A stretch of DNA of 64,000 bases from Marsupella aquatica (GCA_973895155.1 OZ316894.1:21733867-21797866); one strand, 5' to 3'; counted from the stretch's first letter, positions 1 through 14,383 are shown. The notes: generated by a model not told the origin, from the sequence alone. Translations and numbers: made by a program.

Positions 1-145
1 TATGCCGTAGCCTAGTGAACTTGTCAAACTTTTGTGTTTACTTTCAAATATTTGTAGCTTAATGATGGCTTCCTCGAGGATGAGAAACTGAATTGGAAAA
101 TGGCCAAAATTGTGATGAGTCAGCTAACAATTTGGTTATGTGCAG

Positions 146-3100
146 ACACTTCTGCCGAGTAGGTTCCACAGTTCAAACTAGTAAGTTCCTTACTTGCAAT
201 AGAGAGGATTGTACAGGGGGAAGTGCTTAGACATTCCAGCTGCAGTTGAGCAGTTCAGGGGCGCAAATGACTGATATCCGAAAAAGCATTGGATTGACTA
301 ATATTCATGAAAGTAAAGCGTTTAGTCGGAATTTCATCGGCAAAGTGTGTGGCTCTTTCCAGAATGCTCACTCTTCGCGCGCTGCAACAAGTATGGAATT
401 AAGTCCCAGAACCTCAAAATCCAAGGAATGCTGCTAGTTGTAAGTGTCCCAGAATTCCCTGTTCAGAGAGCAGCTCAAATTGAGGAATGGATATAGGTGT
501 GTTCTTTACTTCAGAGCGTGCTTGACTCAGGATTTCATCAGTACCTGAAGTGATTGGACGCATAATGATTTCTAGTGAATATCATTGAAATAGCTCATGT
601 CTAGTTGTTCTTTTGACTGTTGATGTTAGTTTCTGTTGTCAATGAAGATAGACAGGTGTTTCAAAACGAAGAAAGCTAATTTCCAAAGTGCTGCTCAGGT
701 GGTACTATCCGTAAGCCTTCTGGTGATTTACACCTGCTCTGATCAATGCCTGCATATTCGGGAGAGAAGGAAGGACAAGGCCCTAGAGACTGCGGCACGA
801 CAGGCGAAACAGCGTGCCTCTGCTGCAGAACGATGGAGAAGAGCCATAGAAAGAGGAACCAAAAAGAAGGCCAAAGAATTTGGAGCCAAGACGAAGTCTG
901 TGATGCTCACCAATACACAATCACGTAAATCCCACTCCGAAGTTCGCACCTCAGGAACCCACAGTTCGTCTTCTGAAAGTCTCCACATTGAGCAGCAGCC
1001 ACTTAAAGCAGAGCCAAATTCAACCGATCCGAGGGTTCTGCTGGGATGGGCTGACAATGACCTGGAGAAGAGAGAGTACGTGGTTAATCTCCATATTAAT
1101 CCTACTTCACTATCTGCTCCTGGAATGGGTAATCTCCGTAATCGTACTTCACCATCTGGTGCTGGAAGCAGCCAAAGTTCTTGGTCTAGGGATCTGTATC
1201 CAGACGAAGGATCGCGTAGCATTGATCTCTACGACGCTGTGCAACTCTCCCCTGTGATTTCAGAAGTTAGTGCCAAAGAGGAAGGCCTGCCTTCTGTTAA
1301 GGAGATTAATGATGTTCGTTGGAAAGCACTGGCGCATACAACGAGCCAGATTTATAAGTATGCATATGGAGAGATTGAGAAGGAAAAGGTCAAGAATCAA
1401 TCCAAGCCAGGGTCTGTGCAGGAGGTCGTGGAATCAGATGGGTTCCGTGCCATGCTGGCAGGGCCGAGAAGGCTCGAGATAGAGCTCAAGTTTATCGACC
1501 TGTGTCTCGTTTTAAAGGGCAGTGGGAAAAAACTTCTCAGCTTTGTTACAGGAGAGCTCCGTCCAAGGCGGGTGACTGCAGTAATGGGTCCTTCAGGTCC
1601 GGACGACAAGCCTCTTTGAGCCCCTTTTTCTAATGTGCTCAACACACTAATGTTGGTCGGACGTTATTTTCTCGTCTTTGGATATTCTGTGTTCCCACGA
1701 TAGGAATTCTGATAACTTAACTGAAAATGTTACTTCGTTTCAGGTGCCGGAAAGACCACTTTTCTCAATGCGCTTGCTGGGAAAGAGACTGGAAGTGTGA
1801 TCACAGGGCAAGTTTTCATCAATGGAGTCCCAGGGTCCATCCAAGCGTATAAACGCATAATTGGTTTTGTTCCACAAGATGATATTGTTCATGGTAGTCT
1901 CACTGTGGAGGAAAATTTGTCCTTCAGTGCCAAGTACAGGTACTGTCTCATCGCTCTCCGGGCTTCTCTTTCCCTTCCCTCGGCTCCTATAACCTCTCGG
2001 GTAGGATTCATGTGGCCCTCTGTCAACGCCCTTTGCCAGAACGTCTGATGAGTGCAAAGGGGTCCCATCAAGCGACACCCCGGGATTTTCTGAGAGCCAG
2101 GGAGGTTCTTGGTTGGAATACTCTGTCCACCTGGTCGTCGGTAACATTCACCAGTATCCATTCACATCTTATTTTCCAATGAAAACCAAATTTGGAGCTG
2201 CATTATCATATTCCATATATGATACCATATTCCAGTTGTCCATTTTATTCTTCGATACTATATCTATCCATACGTCTTAATCAGAAATTTACCTGTAAGC
2301 GGGAATCTCTCCTTCCCACTAAATATCAATGCCCATTTATTTAATATCAAGAAGGACTTACTTTTCGTTCAAATGAGGATTCAGGATGATTGTAAGACAG
2401 CGCCTTTTTTACTGTTCGCATCTGCTGAAGGTTGTAACGTTCGAATTGATGTATTGCTTGAGTTCATGCTCCTCACCTGCCCGACACCATTCGATGCACT
2501 GTAACCTACATACTCGGTAGAACATGAGGAAAGAATCTCTGAGATGCTGAAGATGTCATGTTAGTATTAGCCTTGTGTCTCAGCTGAATGGTTTGCTCAT
2601 TTTCATTTCTATCCAGGCTTCCAGTGGAAATGCCAAGACAAGACAGAGTGCTAGTGGTGGAGCGCATTATCAACAGGTTGAACTTGACGTCCATTCGGAA
2701 TTCATTGGTAGGCACTGTGGAGAACAGAGGAATATCTGGTGGCCAGAGAAAACGAGTGAATGTGGGTCTGGAGCTGGTGATCGAACCATCTCTTTTGCTA
2801 TTGGATGAGCCCACCTCCGGCCTAGACAGTACATCATCCCGCTTGGTTGTGCAGGCCTTGGCACGAGAAGCGGCTCTGGGTGTGAATGTATGCTTGGTTG
2901 TACATCAGCCGAGGTAGGAAACGGGTTGTTCACCACTGTGCCCACGATTTTGTGAAGAGGATTCTACGTATAATATATGGGCATGAACAGAAAAGTAGGA
3001 TCCTTCTGGCCCGATACAGCGCAAACGTCTGAAAATTCTGCTACGTGAGAAGTACGAGTTCGTTGGCAGATTGTACAGACTACTAACAAGAGATTGTCTT

Positions 3101-5760
3101 GGGCTGTGTTTCGTCTCTTTTTAAATAACCTATGAGTAGATAGTCCAAAGAGAATGCTCAGTGCCAAAAAATGTGAGGTAAGTTGATTGTACAAGAGTGG
3201 TTCTTTTTGGAGTTTGATTATTTGAGGTAAAGGATTTTGTCAAACGGACTTCTAACAACGTTGGACACTTGAAAATTTCAGCTATGGACTCTTCAGAATG
3301 TTTGATGATGTCATATTATTGGCCAAAGATGGCTACGGCGTTTACATAGGCCCGACTGCGGAAATGGAAGCATACTTCTCAAGCTTGGACTTAGAGGTGC
3401 CAGATCGTACCAATCCTCCAGACTATTACATGGATGTGCTGGAGGGCGAAGCCATGCCAGATAATGATCCGTCTTTTGACGTGAAATCATTACCAATCCT
3501 CTGGATGTGCCACCACGGCTACCCTATACCTCTAGAGATCCAGGAGACAGCAGATGGGCAAAGAGTGGAAAGGGATGACCCGTTGAGGATCACCTTTGAT
3601 GCTCCTAAAACATTTGTTCAAGAAATTTGGCATGAGCTAAGGGTTTATGTTCTAGTGAGGTCGGACATCCTGAAGGCTACTTTCAAGAACGTGAAGAGCT
3701 TATCAGGTCGTCAAACTCCGGGGTTCTTATCCCAATATTTCCTGATTCTCCGAAGGTATGAACGAGACTAGGTATTCGGCTAGCTTTCACGTTTGCCTGT
3801 CAGCAAATGAGCAGCGTTGCATGCTTTGACGTATAGTCTTTCTCTAGCACATTATGGCTGAGCTTAAATTGTCCACTGGGCATGGAACAAATACCTCTGC
3901 TTGAAACGCAGAAACATGTTTCACCCACTATTGAGCTTGGACCCAAATGTTTCAGTTTTGGTTATCTTGGAAAGAACAAAAGAGTTCATGTTTCCCGGTA
4001 TTAAATCTCGATTTGGATCCATGAAACAGAGCGACAAAGCAAAGATTCCGTGAGTCTAGGCTGGTGGTTCAGGACTACCTCATATTGCTAATTGCCGGTA
4101 TCTGTTTGGGGTTACTTTCAAATTGGAAGGACGTCGATATGGAAGAAGCCTATCTGTATACGATTATTTGTCTCTGTAAGATCTCGTTCTCCCTTGAGAC
4201 ACCCCTATCCACGGCTAGCTTTATGAAACATTCCAGAATCTCCCTGATTGCTGTATCACTTCACGTTTCGACTTGGATTGTGATGGCCTTATCAAACATT
4301 TGAGATATTTGGCCTGACTTTGGAGTCCATTTTGCGCAGCCCTTCTGGTAATGATAGCTTCACTGCGGACCTTCACTGTCGACAAGTTGCAATTCTGGAG
4401 AGAAAGCTCTTCTGGTGTACGTCCACAGATTTGCTTACTTCCTAGCAAAAGATAGTGTGGACCACTTCAACACTATTTGCAAGCCTGTTCTCTTCCTTTC
4501 CACGTTCTATTTCTACAACGCTCCACGTGCTTCCTTCCGCTCAACTTATATTGCTACTCTGGCCCTTACATATTGCTGCACAGGAATTGCATATGTAGTG
4601 GCAATCTTACTGAAGCCACAGCCAGGTCAACTGGTATGCACTGCGCACCATTTGCTGTTGAAGTCTGATTGTTATGAAGAGTAGGATGTATCAAGAGGAT
4701 ATGACAGAACAATTCCATAGTTTCTTGGAGTTATAGGTTTCCTTTGGCTAATTTGCAATCACGCTTGGAGGTCCCCTTTGTCATGTGAACTTTCGTCTAC
4801 CTTTGCATACTTTGAGCTGAGTTTCTGGTTTAACACATTTTGTTATCGTCTATGGAAGTCCATCAAGGATAGGTGTCCTCTTTGAAACCATGAGAAGTCG
4901 CAGGATTGTTTTTTGGATAACTTGGCATCTTGCGTTTTCTGTTTTCAGATATGTGTTTTTGTGCCGGTTGTTGCCACTTTACTAGTCAGCGAGTCACAGA
5001 AAGGTCTTTTGGAAAAGATACAAAATGTCAGCTACGCATTTTGGGCACACCAAGCTTACATTGTTTCCAATGCAGAGAAGTACAGCTCCATTTTTTTTGC
5101 TTATTGCATAATTTGATATCTACTCCCGTCCTTTTGTCTCTCTTTCTGAACGATGTGCTAGAGCTCGATTGTACGATTAAGGGTGAATGCTTGGGATTAA
5201 GGCGGGTTACTATCCTATCAAAGCCTGGTTAGAAATAAATTCCAATGTAGGCTTTTATTCAGTCAATATAAGTGAGGGATGCTGGGAAACATGGATGTGT
5301 GGGGGAGGGAGGGCTTTATGAGCGAAGGCGAGGGAATTATGCTCTCCAAAACAAATGCAAAAAAAGTACGACATGTTAGTGCAGAGTAGTAGTTTCTATC
5401 ATACTGCTAGTCTAGTTAATTATTCCTAACTTCTTCTTCGTCTTCTTTTTTTGGGGGGGAAGGGGAAGGGGGGAAAGGGGTTTGTGGCTTAGGGCCGAGT
5501 CATATTGTTCTAGTCTATTGAGGATCTCTCAAGGACATATTTGCCCTTCAAACAACAGCACTAACTCCCATCGTGGCGTGTTCATACCTTGCAGATATAC
5601 AGGAGTGTGGTTGGTACAACGCTGTCTAGTCCTAAGAAAATATGGTTACTCAGTCCATAACTTTAATATCTGCATAGCTATTCTCATTTGTTATGGACTA
5701 GGAGCCAGACTTTTGGCCTTTTTATGCTTAATTTTCTATAACAGGGAGAGGCAAAAATGA
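146..5760 (+). CDS. ABCG half-size transporter, ABCG24/ABCG28 (WBC)-like; 5'-partial; apparent +4-bp frameshift in exon 4340-4633 (possibly a pseudogene allele)
   Basis: GT-AG exons 146-180, 363-439, 699-1596, 1744-1939, 2617-2913, 3282-3755, 4030-4175, 4340-4633, 4949-5079, 5595-5760. Walker A GPSGAGKT spans an intron; signature ISGGQRKR, Walker [15 protein letters not shown]-loop VVHQP. Cys-rich N-terminal HFCRVGST and IYTCSDQ are typical of this subfamily; C-terminal TMD present. Confidence 0.9.
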
Positions 5761-6497
5761 TGAAGTTGAGATCTTGTTCACAGAAGTTGTAAAAGTAGAT
5801 GCAATAACAACACATGTTTTTTTCTTGAAAGATGTGCACCATGCCATGGGTAGTAGTTAAGGAACCTGATTTGAAGGCCGACACAGGCATCATGAAAAAT
5901 GTACCATCCACTCACTCTGGAGCCATCATAGTCCTTTTTTGCAATCTTTCTGACTGTGCCATATACATAGAACCAGTGGACCTGCTGGGAGGTTTACTTT
6001 TCATGATTTATTATTCTAGGTTTTAAGCAGCCATATGACGGCCAGCTCTATGTCTTTTTATTTCTTTGCAATTCGCAGAAGACCCTTCTAATCTTTTCTA
6101 GGTTTTTTGTCTTTTCCTTTCAATCTGTGCATGAAGTGCTGGTAGAATCCCTCAGCAATCTGAAGCAAGTTGAACCATCGACCTTAAGACTGGAGATGAA
6201 TACACTCCTATGCTATGCAGATTGCTTTCAGGGCTTTTTGCATTAATGAATTTTGCAACACCTGAATGAGATTTGCACAAAGAAGTTGTGGCTCTGATGG
6301 ACCCCAACGTTTGACCTCAAAACTATGATGAAACAAACACTTTTTGACCTCCAAAATGGTGAGCATTTACACAAAGGGAATGCGCAATCTGAGTGAAAAT
6401 AACATTTCAGATGATTTATGTAGGTTGAAGAAATTCATTGAGTGTCTTGACAAACTTAGTGATCAGTGAGAGCTTCAGTTTTGTTGTACACATGCTA

Positions 6498-6585
6498 AGA
6501 TGAGATGAGATGAGATGAGATGAGATGAGATGAGATGAGATGAGATGAGATGAGATGAGATGAGATGAGATGAGATGAGATGAGA
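6498..6585. repeat. (AGATG)n pentanucleotide microsatellite, about 17 copies
   Basis: Perfect gatga/agatg run read directly. Confidence 0.97.
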
Positions 6586-7399
6586 ACAAATAAATAGATA
6601 AAATGAAACGGCTCCTAGTAAGGGATTTTCATTTCAGACCTTTTCTCAAATAGAATTCTTAAGCTTGAATGTGATCTAAGAAACCACAGTGCATTGAAAC
6701 TGGGATGGCATGGAGTTGGAGCACATAAACTTCATACCAAGAGCATTTGGGGATCCTTCCCCAGTGCAAACATTTGGATGAAATCCGATCCAACTTATGA
6801 CTCCATTAAAAACTATAATAGAAAGTCCCACCACTTTTTGTAGTGTCGTCTTTCAAAATATATGTTTTCTGTGCCAAGGGAAATAAGGAAAGTAAAGCAA
6901 AAAGGGGTAATGAAAATCAACCCACGTCAAAAAGTGGCACACTGTACTTGCAAGTATGGTAAGTCCCCTTGATGTACTCATTGGACTTGCAAGTACACTC
7001 TCTATCCAATCCCTGGCCATTGTAGTGTTTTTATTATTATTTTATTAAAATTAAGGGGAAATCTATGAAACTTTACAGACTGAGAACAGCCAGTACAGTT
7101 GAACCCCAAACCTATCAGTTTTCACTCAAGTGAGTTACGAGAGAGCCATGTGTCTTTGGGCTGGCCATTACATTATTTGTATTGGCCCTTGGTTCAATGT
7201 ACTCCCTTGTGCGATGCAATGTAAGGAGAATGTACTCGTCCCTCCCTTTGGTACTTGCTTGAAATGAATACATTCTATAAAAACAAATAAATTTGGCAAA
7301 CATGTATTTGAATGAAATAACAAGGGGTTAGGGGCCAAACTAGTATGGCAGGGTGTAGGGATACATATATAAGGGGGACCACCACATATGAGAACACTT

Positions 7400-7685
7400 T
7401 TACATAATGTCATTCTTTGTGTAACAACGTCTTTTACACAAATGTATCTTTTGCGCAACGTCATCTTTTACGCATCGACATCTTTTGCACAACATTGTCT
7501 TTTGCATGACATCTTTTGCACAACATCTTTTGCACAATATCTTTTAACTACATCTTTTGTGCAACAACATCTTTTACTTAACGACATCTTTTACCAAACA
7601 ACATCTTTTGCTCAATGATATCTTTGACTTATCAACATCTTTTATGCAACAGCATAGTTTATCCAATAGCATCTTTTGTGCAACA
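7400..7685. repeat. Degenerate ~16-bp tandem array (consensus about CAACATCTTTTGCGCA), possibly a DNA-transposon subterminal repeat
   Basis: Recurrent acatcttttg/caacatcttt motifs at ~16-17 bp spacing. Confidence 0.75.
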
Positions 7686-8759
7686 CACGGGGATTGAACT
7701 TGTTTTATATGATTCCCCAGCATGGTGAGGGCTGATGCAAATACAAAATATTGGTCATCCTGAGGGCACAGAATCCAAGCTTACAACTTCATTTTAAACC
7801 ATCACAACCTGATCGTGAGCTTAAAAATTAAAGAAACTTTCCCACAAAAATTGTCAAAACAATGGCTTGCAACCCCCGCTTGCAACATGGGTCTTGGTGA
7901 TGGATACATGGAAAGAATAAAACTAAGCAATATTAAAAATTAATCAGGTTTCTGGTGGTATGAAAAATAGATTCAATGTGTGGGCACTTGCCAATAGCAC
8001 AATTATACATGTTGTTTCTTTGTTATGTGCAACTAGCCTGACTTTGAACATGAATAGAGGTGAGCTATGGGAGCATGGCACAAAGCAGCTCAAATGTGGA
8101 GGAGTGCAGCACACAGCAGCTTGCCTGTGGAAGAGAGGAATGCAGCACTCCAGTGCCCATGCATTACTCAATTTTCAAAACCTTCACCCTAAACCCAGTT
8201 CCTGTTTCTTAACACACTTTTTCATCACGCACCTCCAAAGCACCCTGAACTTAAGTGAGGCCCTCAGAGTTAAGGTCTAAAGGCTTCAGTCTGACTCTAG
8301 CCCTGGAAGTAGTCTCTTGGCCCTTTATTAGTAACATAAGATTGCTTGGAACATTATATATATATCAAGAGACAGGATCCCAATTAGCTTATTTTGTAAG
8401 TGCAAATTTTCACCAAATTCCACCTCCGCAAAAAATGTTCTCCATGTTTGGCTAATATTTGCTAGATTTTTTTAATACCATTTGCCACTTTTTCACCAAA
8501 TCATGAACCCCATTCGCCAGAATCTAACAGTCCTCCTTAAATCTAGGCATATCTGACAGTCATGATTTAAATCAGTAAAATCTGACAAAGAAAATTCCTA
8601 GAATCTCCTCCCTTAGAGAAGCCGACTTTTGCCACATTGGCTAATTTATTTTTTTTAACCCTAAAAATACGGTGATCCCAATGGCAAACCAGCCCAAATA
8701 AAGGGGGGTAAAGGAAAGGGAAGAGATACATTGGGGGTGACCTGCCGGTAATCACACAT

Positions 8760-8915
8760 CAAAATGTGGTAATATAAGGTGTGCACTCATTTATTTAAAG
8801 AAAATAAGGAGGTTTATCTGGGTATGAAGGGATGTTGTACACTCAAAATGTGGTAATATAAGGTGTACATTGATTTAAAGAAAATAAGGAGATTTATCAA
8901 GTTATGAAGGGTTGT
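8760..8915. repeat. Two-copy tandem duplication (~84 bp)
   Basis: caaaatgtggtaatataaggtgt...atttaaagaaaataagga...tatgaaggg occurs twice in tandem. Confidence 0.85.
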
Positions 8916-9951
8916 CTATATGTCATATTTTGATGTCCAGTTACCTGGACCCATTGGGGTGACCCACAGTTCGGCTGACTGATGCTGCTGACCACAGCAA
9001 GCAACGTCATGCTTGGTCGGTCCTCGTCTGCCCCATTTGTACTTCTTGCAGCCGACGCCGACACTCCACATTACCCACCAGGACTCCTCCGCTGAATTGC
9101 CAGGTTCGCCATTCAAGCAAGACAAATCGAAGAAGAACCTGAGAAGCAAGCAAACAAACAAGAGAAATCAATCAGATACGCCAAGTCGCCATAAAACGAT
9201 CTGCCGAAGTTCTGCTGTCGAAGAGCACGGAGCAAACGATTTTTCATTTTACTTTTCTTTTACTTTTCTTTTCGTGTTTGGGCTTTTTGGGTGTACAGAT
9301 CTGCGCCTGATGCAGAATGACGTCAGGGAAGAGAATGGTAATGACGATCACAATGCTGGACTGTGGAGTAGAGTTCAATTGTCAGGATGGCCCACCCAAT
9401 TCGAGGTCATACAGGAGAGTGCGAGCTCTTCATCAATTATTTGTTGGATTTTGTGTTGACTGGAGGAGCCCTCTTGTTCCATCCATCCATCGTTCCAGCA
9501 CCTCAAGGATGGAGAAGTTGCTGTAAGTGAATGCGTCCCATCGATCAGCGAGGGGGTCTGGACGAACGAAGTTCAGCTGAGAGGTCACTGATTCACATGC
9601 CTGACTAAATGCATTCCACATATTTCGTAGATAATAATTGCAATTCACTTTGCATGTGAACAGGAAGTCTTTCAGCTCAGGGGCATCGAGACAGGGCATG
9701 TGGTGGGTCAGAACTTGAGTCGGGCCATTTTAGTGCGGTGCGTTTGACTGAATCAGAATTTTTCTCCGGTTTATGGTGCACCACCTGAAGGAGAGAAATG
9801 GGAGATAGATGCCGGCGATAGACTGAGGGGTTGGTCATCAAACCTTGCAACTCAATCTGGTGACAATCTTGAGGGGGGTTGGAGAACCCCGTCATCGAAG
9901 AGCTTAGACTCAAGCAAAGCAGACTGTGAAGGGTTGTATTCGGATACCATC

Positions 9952-12367
9952 ATGACATCGAGAGCGGTGAAGCTGAAGGCCCATGGAGTGAAGGCATTGG
10001 AGGTATATGAGCTGGTCACGGAAGCGAAGCCTCGAGCTTCTCCCGGGCATGTTGTGGTTCATATGACCGTGATGCCTGTGAATCCGAGCGACCTCCAACC
10101 CGCCATGTGGACCGGGATCGATCTTAAGGACATTACCGCAGGTGGCGAAGGAGCCGGTGTTGTAGAGGAGGTGAGCGGGGTTCCTTCAAGATTCTCCATT
10201 CGTTGTACCCCTTTGTACTCCATTTCAGTGTGTTACCTTGGCTTGTCGTCCGGGAATTCCTTCAGCTCCTATCCATTCTGCTTTGTAATTCTGTCTGTAC
10301 AACCAAACCTGACAGTTCTCTTCCTTACATTCTCTCTTTCACTACTGTTAACGTAGCTAACCAATTCCTCAGCTGATGCCATTCCGCCTCAACTAACTTT
10401 GTTGCACCAGGCTTCAACGCTTTTTCATCATTACGGCTTCCTCTCGGAGACTTGCAAAATTCCCGCAGCAGTCGTTGTAAACATTTATCCGTGTGCCTGT
10501 GGTTCAGTGGCAACAGAATTACAGTGCAATGCCACCGTAGGGTCCAAAACCATGTACCGTATCTCACAAACTCCGTCTTCAAATCTCAAATATACCTCGG
10601 ACATTGCAAACTTATGCCCATTCCTTCTGAAAGGACGTGCGGGGAATACCTCTAATTGGAACATGTCACCCGCTAGCTCCAATAAGTCTCTATTCGGGTA
10701 TACCCGATAAGACGATGAATACCTTCGTTCTCAGGACTTCATGCGTTTCTTAAATGCTTGCTCTATCGCTTCCTTGATCGATATTTTCAGTCAGGCTTGC
10801 TCCTCCGGAAGTTTTTAGTGCTGGTTATTCTGTCTATTTGTGCATTCTCTTACTACGTCTTCAACTGAGCTGGCTGTTTCTACGGATTCCAGCGTCTCTC
10901 TGTTTGATCGAACTGTAGTTACTTTTACTCATTGAAATTATATTTTATAACTTGAAGTTGTTGAGGGTCTTCTCGATGCTAATTTGTGGCTCACACCTAA
11001 TGTTATGTATTCTTGCAGGTTGGAGAAGGAGTGACCACTTTCAGTGTTGGACAGAGAGTCATACCTGTAGTGTTTAATCGCTTTTTTCAGGGCTTCGGAG
11101 TTTGGAAGGACTATGTGGAGATCTCTCAAGCTGATCTGATTGCAGTCCCTGAAGACATTTCCGATGAGCAGGCCGGTCAATTCTTCATCAACCCTTGGCT
11201 GGCATACGGAATTGTTAATGAAATCAACGTCCCCGAGGGTCAGTGGCTGGTTCATAACGCTGCAGGATCTGTTGCTGGAAGGTAGGTTGGTGTCATCCGC
11301 GCTTCTGTAATTAATTAAAATCAGTGAATTTGAAGGAAAAGGTTGTTAGGTCGGTCATCACTTGTCGTCGTCATCAACAGTGCATTGAAGCGGAAATGTT
11401 TAGCATAAAATTTGTCTTACATAACCACTGCCTCGCTGTGCTTCGAAGCTTATCTTACTGAATTACCGACACCTTCAATTTGGGGCAGACTAATTGTACA
11501 GCTGGCGAAGTATTTGGGCATCAAAACTATCTGTATTGTGCGAAGGGACGACTACAAAGACGAGCTTCAAGCCCTGGGGGCAGATGAGGTCATTAACTCC
11601 TCTACTGAAGGTATCTGGCAAATCGAATTGGGTTACATTAGTCTCCTTCCAATTATACTTACAATGCTAATTGCAAGTTGCCACTGTTTCGTAATCACAA
11701 AGCTCTATGTCGGTATTTTAAAAGTTGTAAGATCTGTTATAAACGTTTATTCATTTCCATTGACAGTGTTGCGGTAAAAATAATCTCAAGAGTCACGGTC
11801 CTAACATGTTTAATGACTTCGTTTGATCTCCCAGACGTTATTGCTCGAGTGAAAGAAATCACCGGAGGAAAGCTTGCTTATGGTGCACTTGATCCAGTGG
11901 CTGGTGGAACTACTAAGGTATGAATTGAGACCCTGACTTTTGCCAGCTTTGAACTGAAGCCCTTTGACATTTGTACTTTGTGAAGTAAAGCCCAATGCAG
12001 CAAAGGTGGGATACGACCGTTGATCATAAGTTATTGTGGAATCTCTGCTATCATGACCCAGATCATAGCTGCCTGCGTGCAAAGCGGAGGCGAATGCCTG
12101 GTCTATGGAAGGCTGTCGTCAAACGAGGTGACAGTTGATTTGGCGGAGCTGATCAGGAAAGTTTCTGTGCGATTCTTCATGATCGATGATCACGGTGACG
12201 ATCTGCCGAAAAGGAAAGAGATAGCCGATGCAGTATTCCAACTTTTAAGACAAAAGGTCTTTGATCTTGGCGTTGGAAAGAAGTTTCTGCTGAAAGACTT
12301 CCGGGAAGCCATCAAAGAAGCTCAGAAGCCAGGTCGTGGTGCTGAGAAAATCTTAATTGTAAACTAA
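9952..12367 (+). CDS. Medium-chain dehydrogenase/reductase, zinc-independent NADPH quinone/enoyl-thioester reductase-like (ETR-like)
   Basis: Exons 9952-10170, 11019-11281, 11489-11610, 11835-11917, 12062-12367 join in frame at GT-AG sites. Motifs PVNPSDL, GGEGAGVVEEVGEGV, FFINP, nucleotide-binding NAAGSVAG, ALGADEVINS, C-terminal EKILIV. Confidence 0.9.
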
Positions 12368-13193
12368 TTGTGGAGGAAGTTGTGTCCATAATCCATGAGG
12401 AGGTTTCAATCGGTTGCAATTACGATGTCAATGGCAACTAGCATCAAGTACCCCTACACATTTTGTAATAGTAGAAACCATCTTCAGGATTTCATTCACC
12501 AGGCAGTTTTTTCGAGTCCTTCATTAAGAGTAATGGTCGTGCTTTTATCCCTCATCCACCAGAATGGCTGATCAATGAGGAGGAAGTTTCTTGGACGGGT
12601 TGGTCTCTTGCTCATAACCCTCTAAATTTGGAAGTGCTTAAAGACATGGCAACGGACTGTCATTTTCTCATTCAGTCTTGTGAATCAAAAGAACTACAGT
12701 AGCTAAGGATGACATAGAAGAATACCACGATGTTGAAAGCATGTCGATACAGAATAGTGTCTATTACGAAGATCAATCTTCATTCTTAAACTGATCAACC
12801 AAACAACAATCTTCGATTGCCTTGCTGTTCACCGCAAACCATACAAACGAAAGCTTACCACAACTTCACAAACGTAAGGCTGGCGTTTAGAAAGGTCTCC
12901 AGATAGAATCCGTGCACAGGGACTACAATCCTCTATCAGCGAAAGGCCCATGCATTCAAACTCAACCCAAAGGCTTAAGCTGGCACTTTAAAAGAAAAGC
13001 ATACTTCCGCCAGGACTCGAATCCTCAACAAGAAACTCTTTCGGGTTCCACAAGTTTCATTGGATGATGTTTTCTATTTTACTTGGTTCCTCACTGTCTA
13101 GATAATCGCATATCTATTAGGGAGTCTCCAATATTGAAAAAAAAAACCCCACTTCACAGGCATTGTGCAATGCACTCGGGCCCACCAAAACTG

Positions 13194-13247
13194 GGTATAG
13201 CCTGGCAGTGGTATTTTCTGGTATAGCCTGGCAGTGGTATTTTCTGG
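13194..13247. repeat. Perfect ~26-bp tandem duplication
   Basis: ggtatagcctggcagtggtattttct occurs twice. Confidence 0.9.
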
Positions 13248-14054
13248 CTCTCAGATTTGAGAGGGTGTGTGAAAATCCCAACATGAGTCCATCAACACAC
13301 TAAAATCAGGTCCTCTCCTCGTAGCAATCGGCCCTCAGTTTTGGTCATGACTCCTGGGCATGACTGGTCAGGCCTCACATTTGGTGCCCAACCAGTCCTT
13401 CCCACTGCCCCGGGTCACAACACTCCTGGACTAGGTCATGCGCAAAAATCCATTGTATTTCAGACGCCCTATTGAAGAAAACTACACTTGCAGCTCCATC
13501 TGATTTGTTCCATTCTGATCGGTTCCAACTGTTTGTTTCATCAAGGCCTCTATTAGAATCTGTTCAAACTGTTTGTTTTCATCTGGGCCTGGTTTTTAAA
13601 AGCATGATAGGGAGGATTAGTGGAGTGATTGTTTCATCTCAATCTGTATTTCACATCCAATAATGAGCCTACTTTTGGCTTGTTTTATTCATGCCTCATT
13701 TAGGAAAGTGTGATAGGGAGGATTGCTGGAGTGGCTGTTTCATGTTTAACATCCAATAAACTTACTTTTTGCCAATTTCATATTCCACACCCGCGTGTCT
13801 GCCACCAAGTCTTATATAAGCTTGGATCATTATGTGGCAAACAAACATGAATTAGCATTTTATGGTCCTGGCCAGCACTTCAAGTAGGAATATTCTGTCG
13901 GTCATAGGTGGTTTGAATTAGATTAGTACTTCATCAAGCAGCACATAGTAGGGTTTATGGATGATAAATTGGATTTTCAATAGAGCTTAGGTTTTACTTT
14001 GACAAAACATGGGGAAATGCTAAAGCAAAATCTAAAATTCCTTGTGTTGATATG

Positions 14055-14383
14055 TGTTAGGCATTTACTCTTAGGTCTAATGTAGGCTAACCTTAGTTGC
14101 CGACTTGGTAAAATTAATCATGCTGCACATGATATACACAAGTGAGTGTTTGCTTGTTAGGAGGAACTCATACTCATTATTACCGAGCCAGTTGAGAGAT
14201 GAGGAGAACTTGTGTTACGGAGATGGGGAGAGCTTGTGTTGCAGAGACTTGTTATGGCGAATGGGTCTAGAGTTTTACTGCACTCTAAACTCTCATCGGA
14301 GGTGAATCATATATCTGTCTGTCAAGTACTTGTTCATGAGAAGTTCATGGACATGCCCTTGTGAATGTAATCTTTCCTCAATA
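14055..14383 (+). mobile_element. Old degenerate solo LTR related to the copia LTR at 42073-42493
   Basis: Collinear matches: tgttaggcatttactcttaggtcta vs tgttgggtatttactcttacgtcta; gagccagttgagagatgaggagaac vs gagccacttgagagatagggagagc; ggaggtgaatcatatatct vs ggaggtgaaccacgtatct; end tctttcctcaata vs tctatgctcaaca. Confidence 0.75.

Noticed and set aside
636-698. N-terminal part of ORF 636-1619 (RCFKTKK...) as coding sequence
   Set aside because: Exon 363-439 ([10 protein letters not shown]...GMLLV) fits the family better and splices in phase to the acceptor at 698, so this part is intronic.
7095-7201. TACAGTTGAACC...GGTTCAATGTA, possible Tc1/mariner-type mini element
   Set aside because: The inverted match is short and imperfect; it cannot be distinguished from chance without other copies.
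13004-13025. Minus-strand GGATTCGAGTCC resembling a tRNA T-arm/B-box
   Set aside because: No cloverleaf, A-box or acceptor stem can be built; at most a SINE trace.
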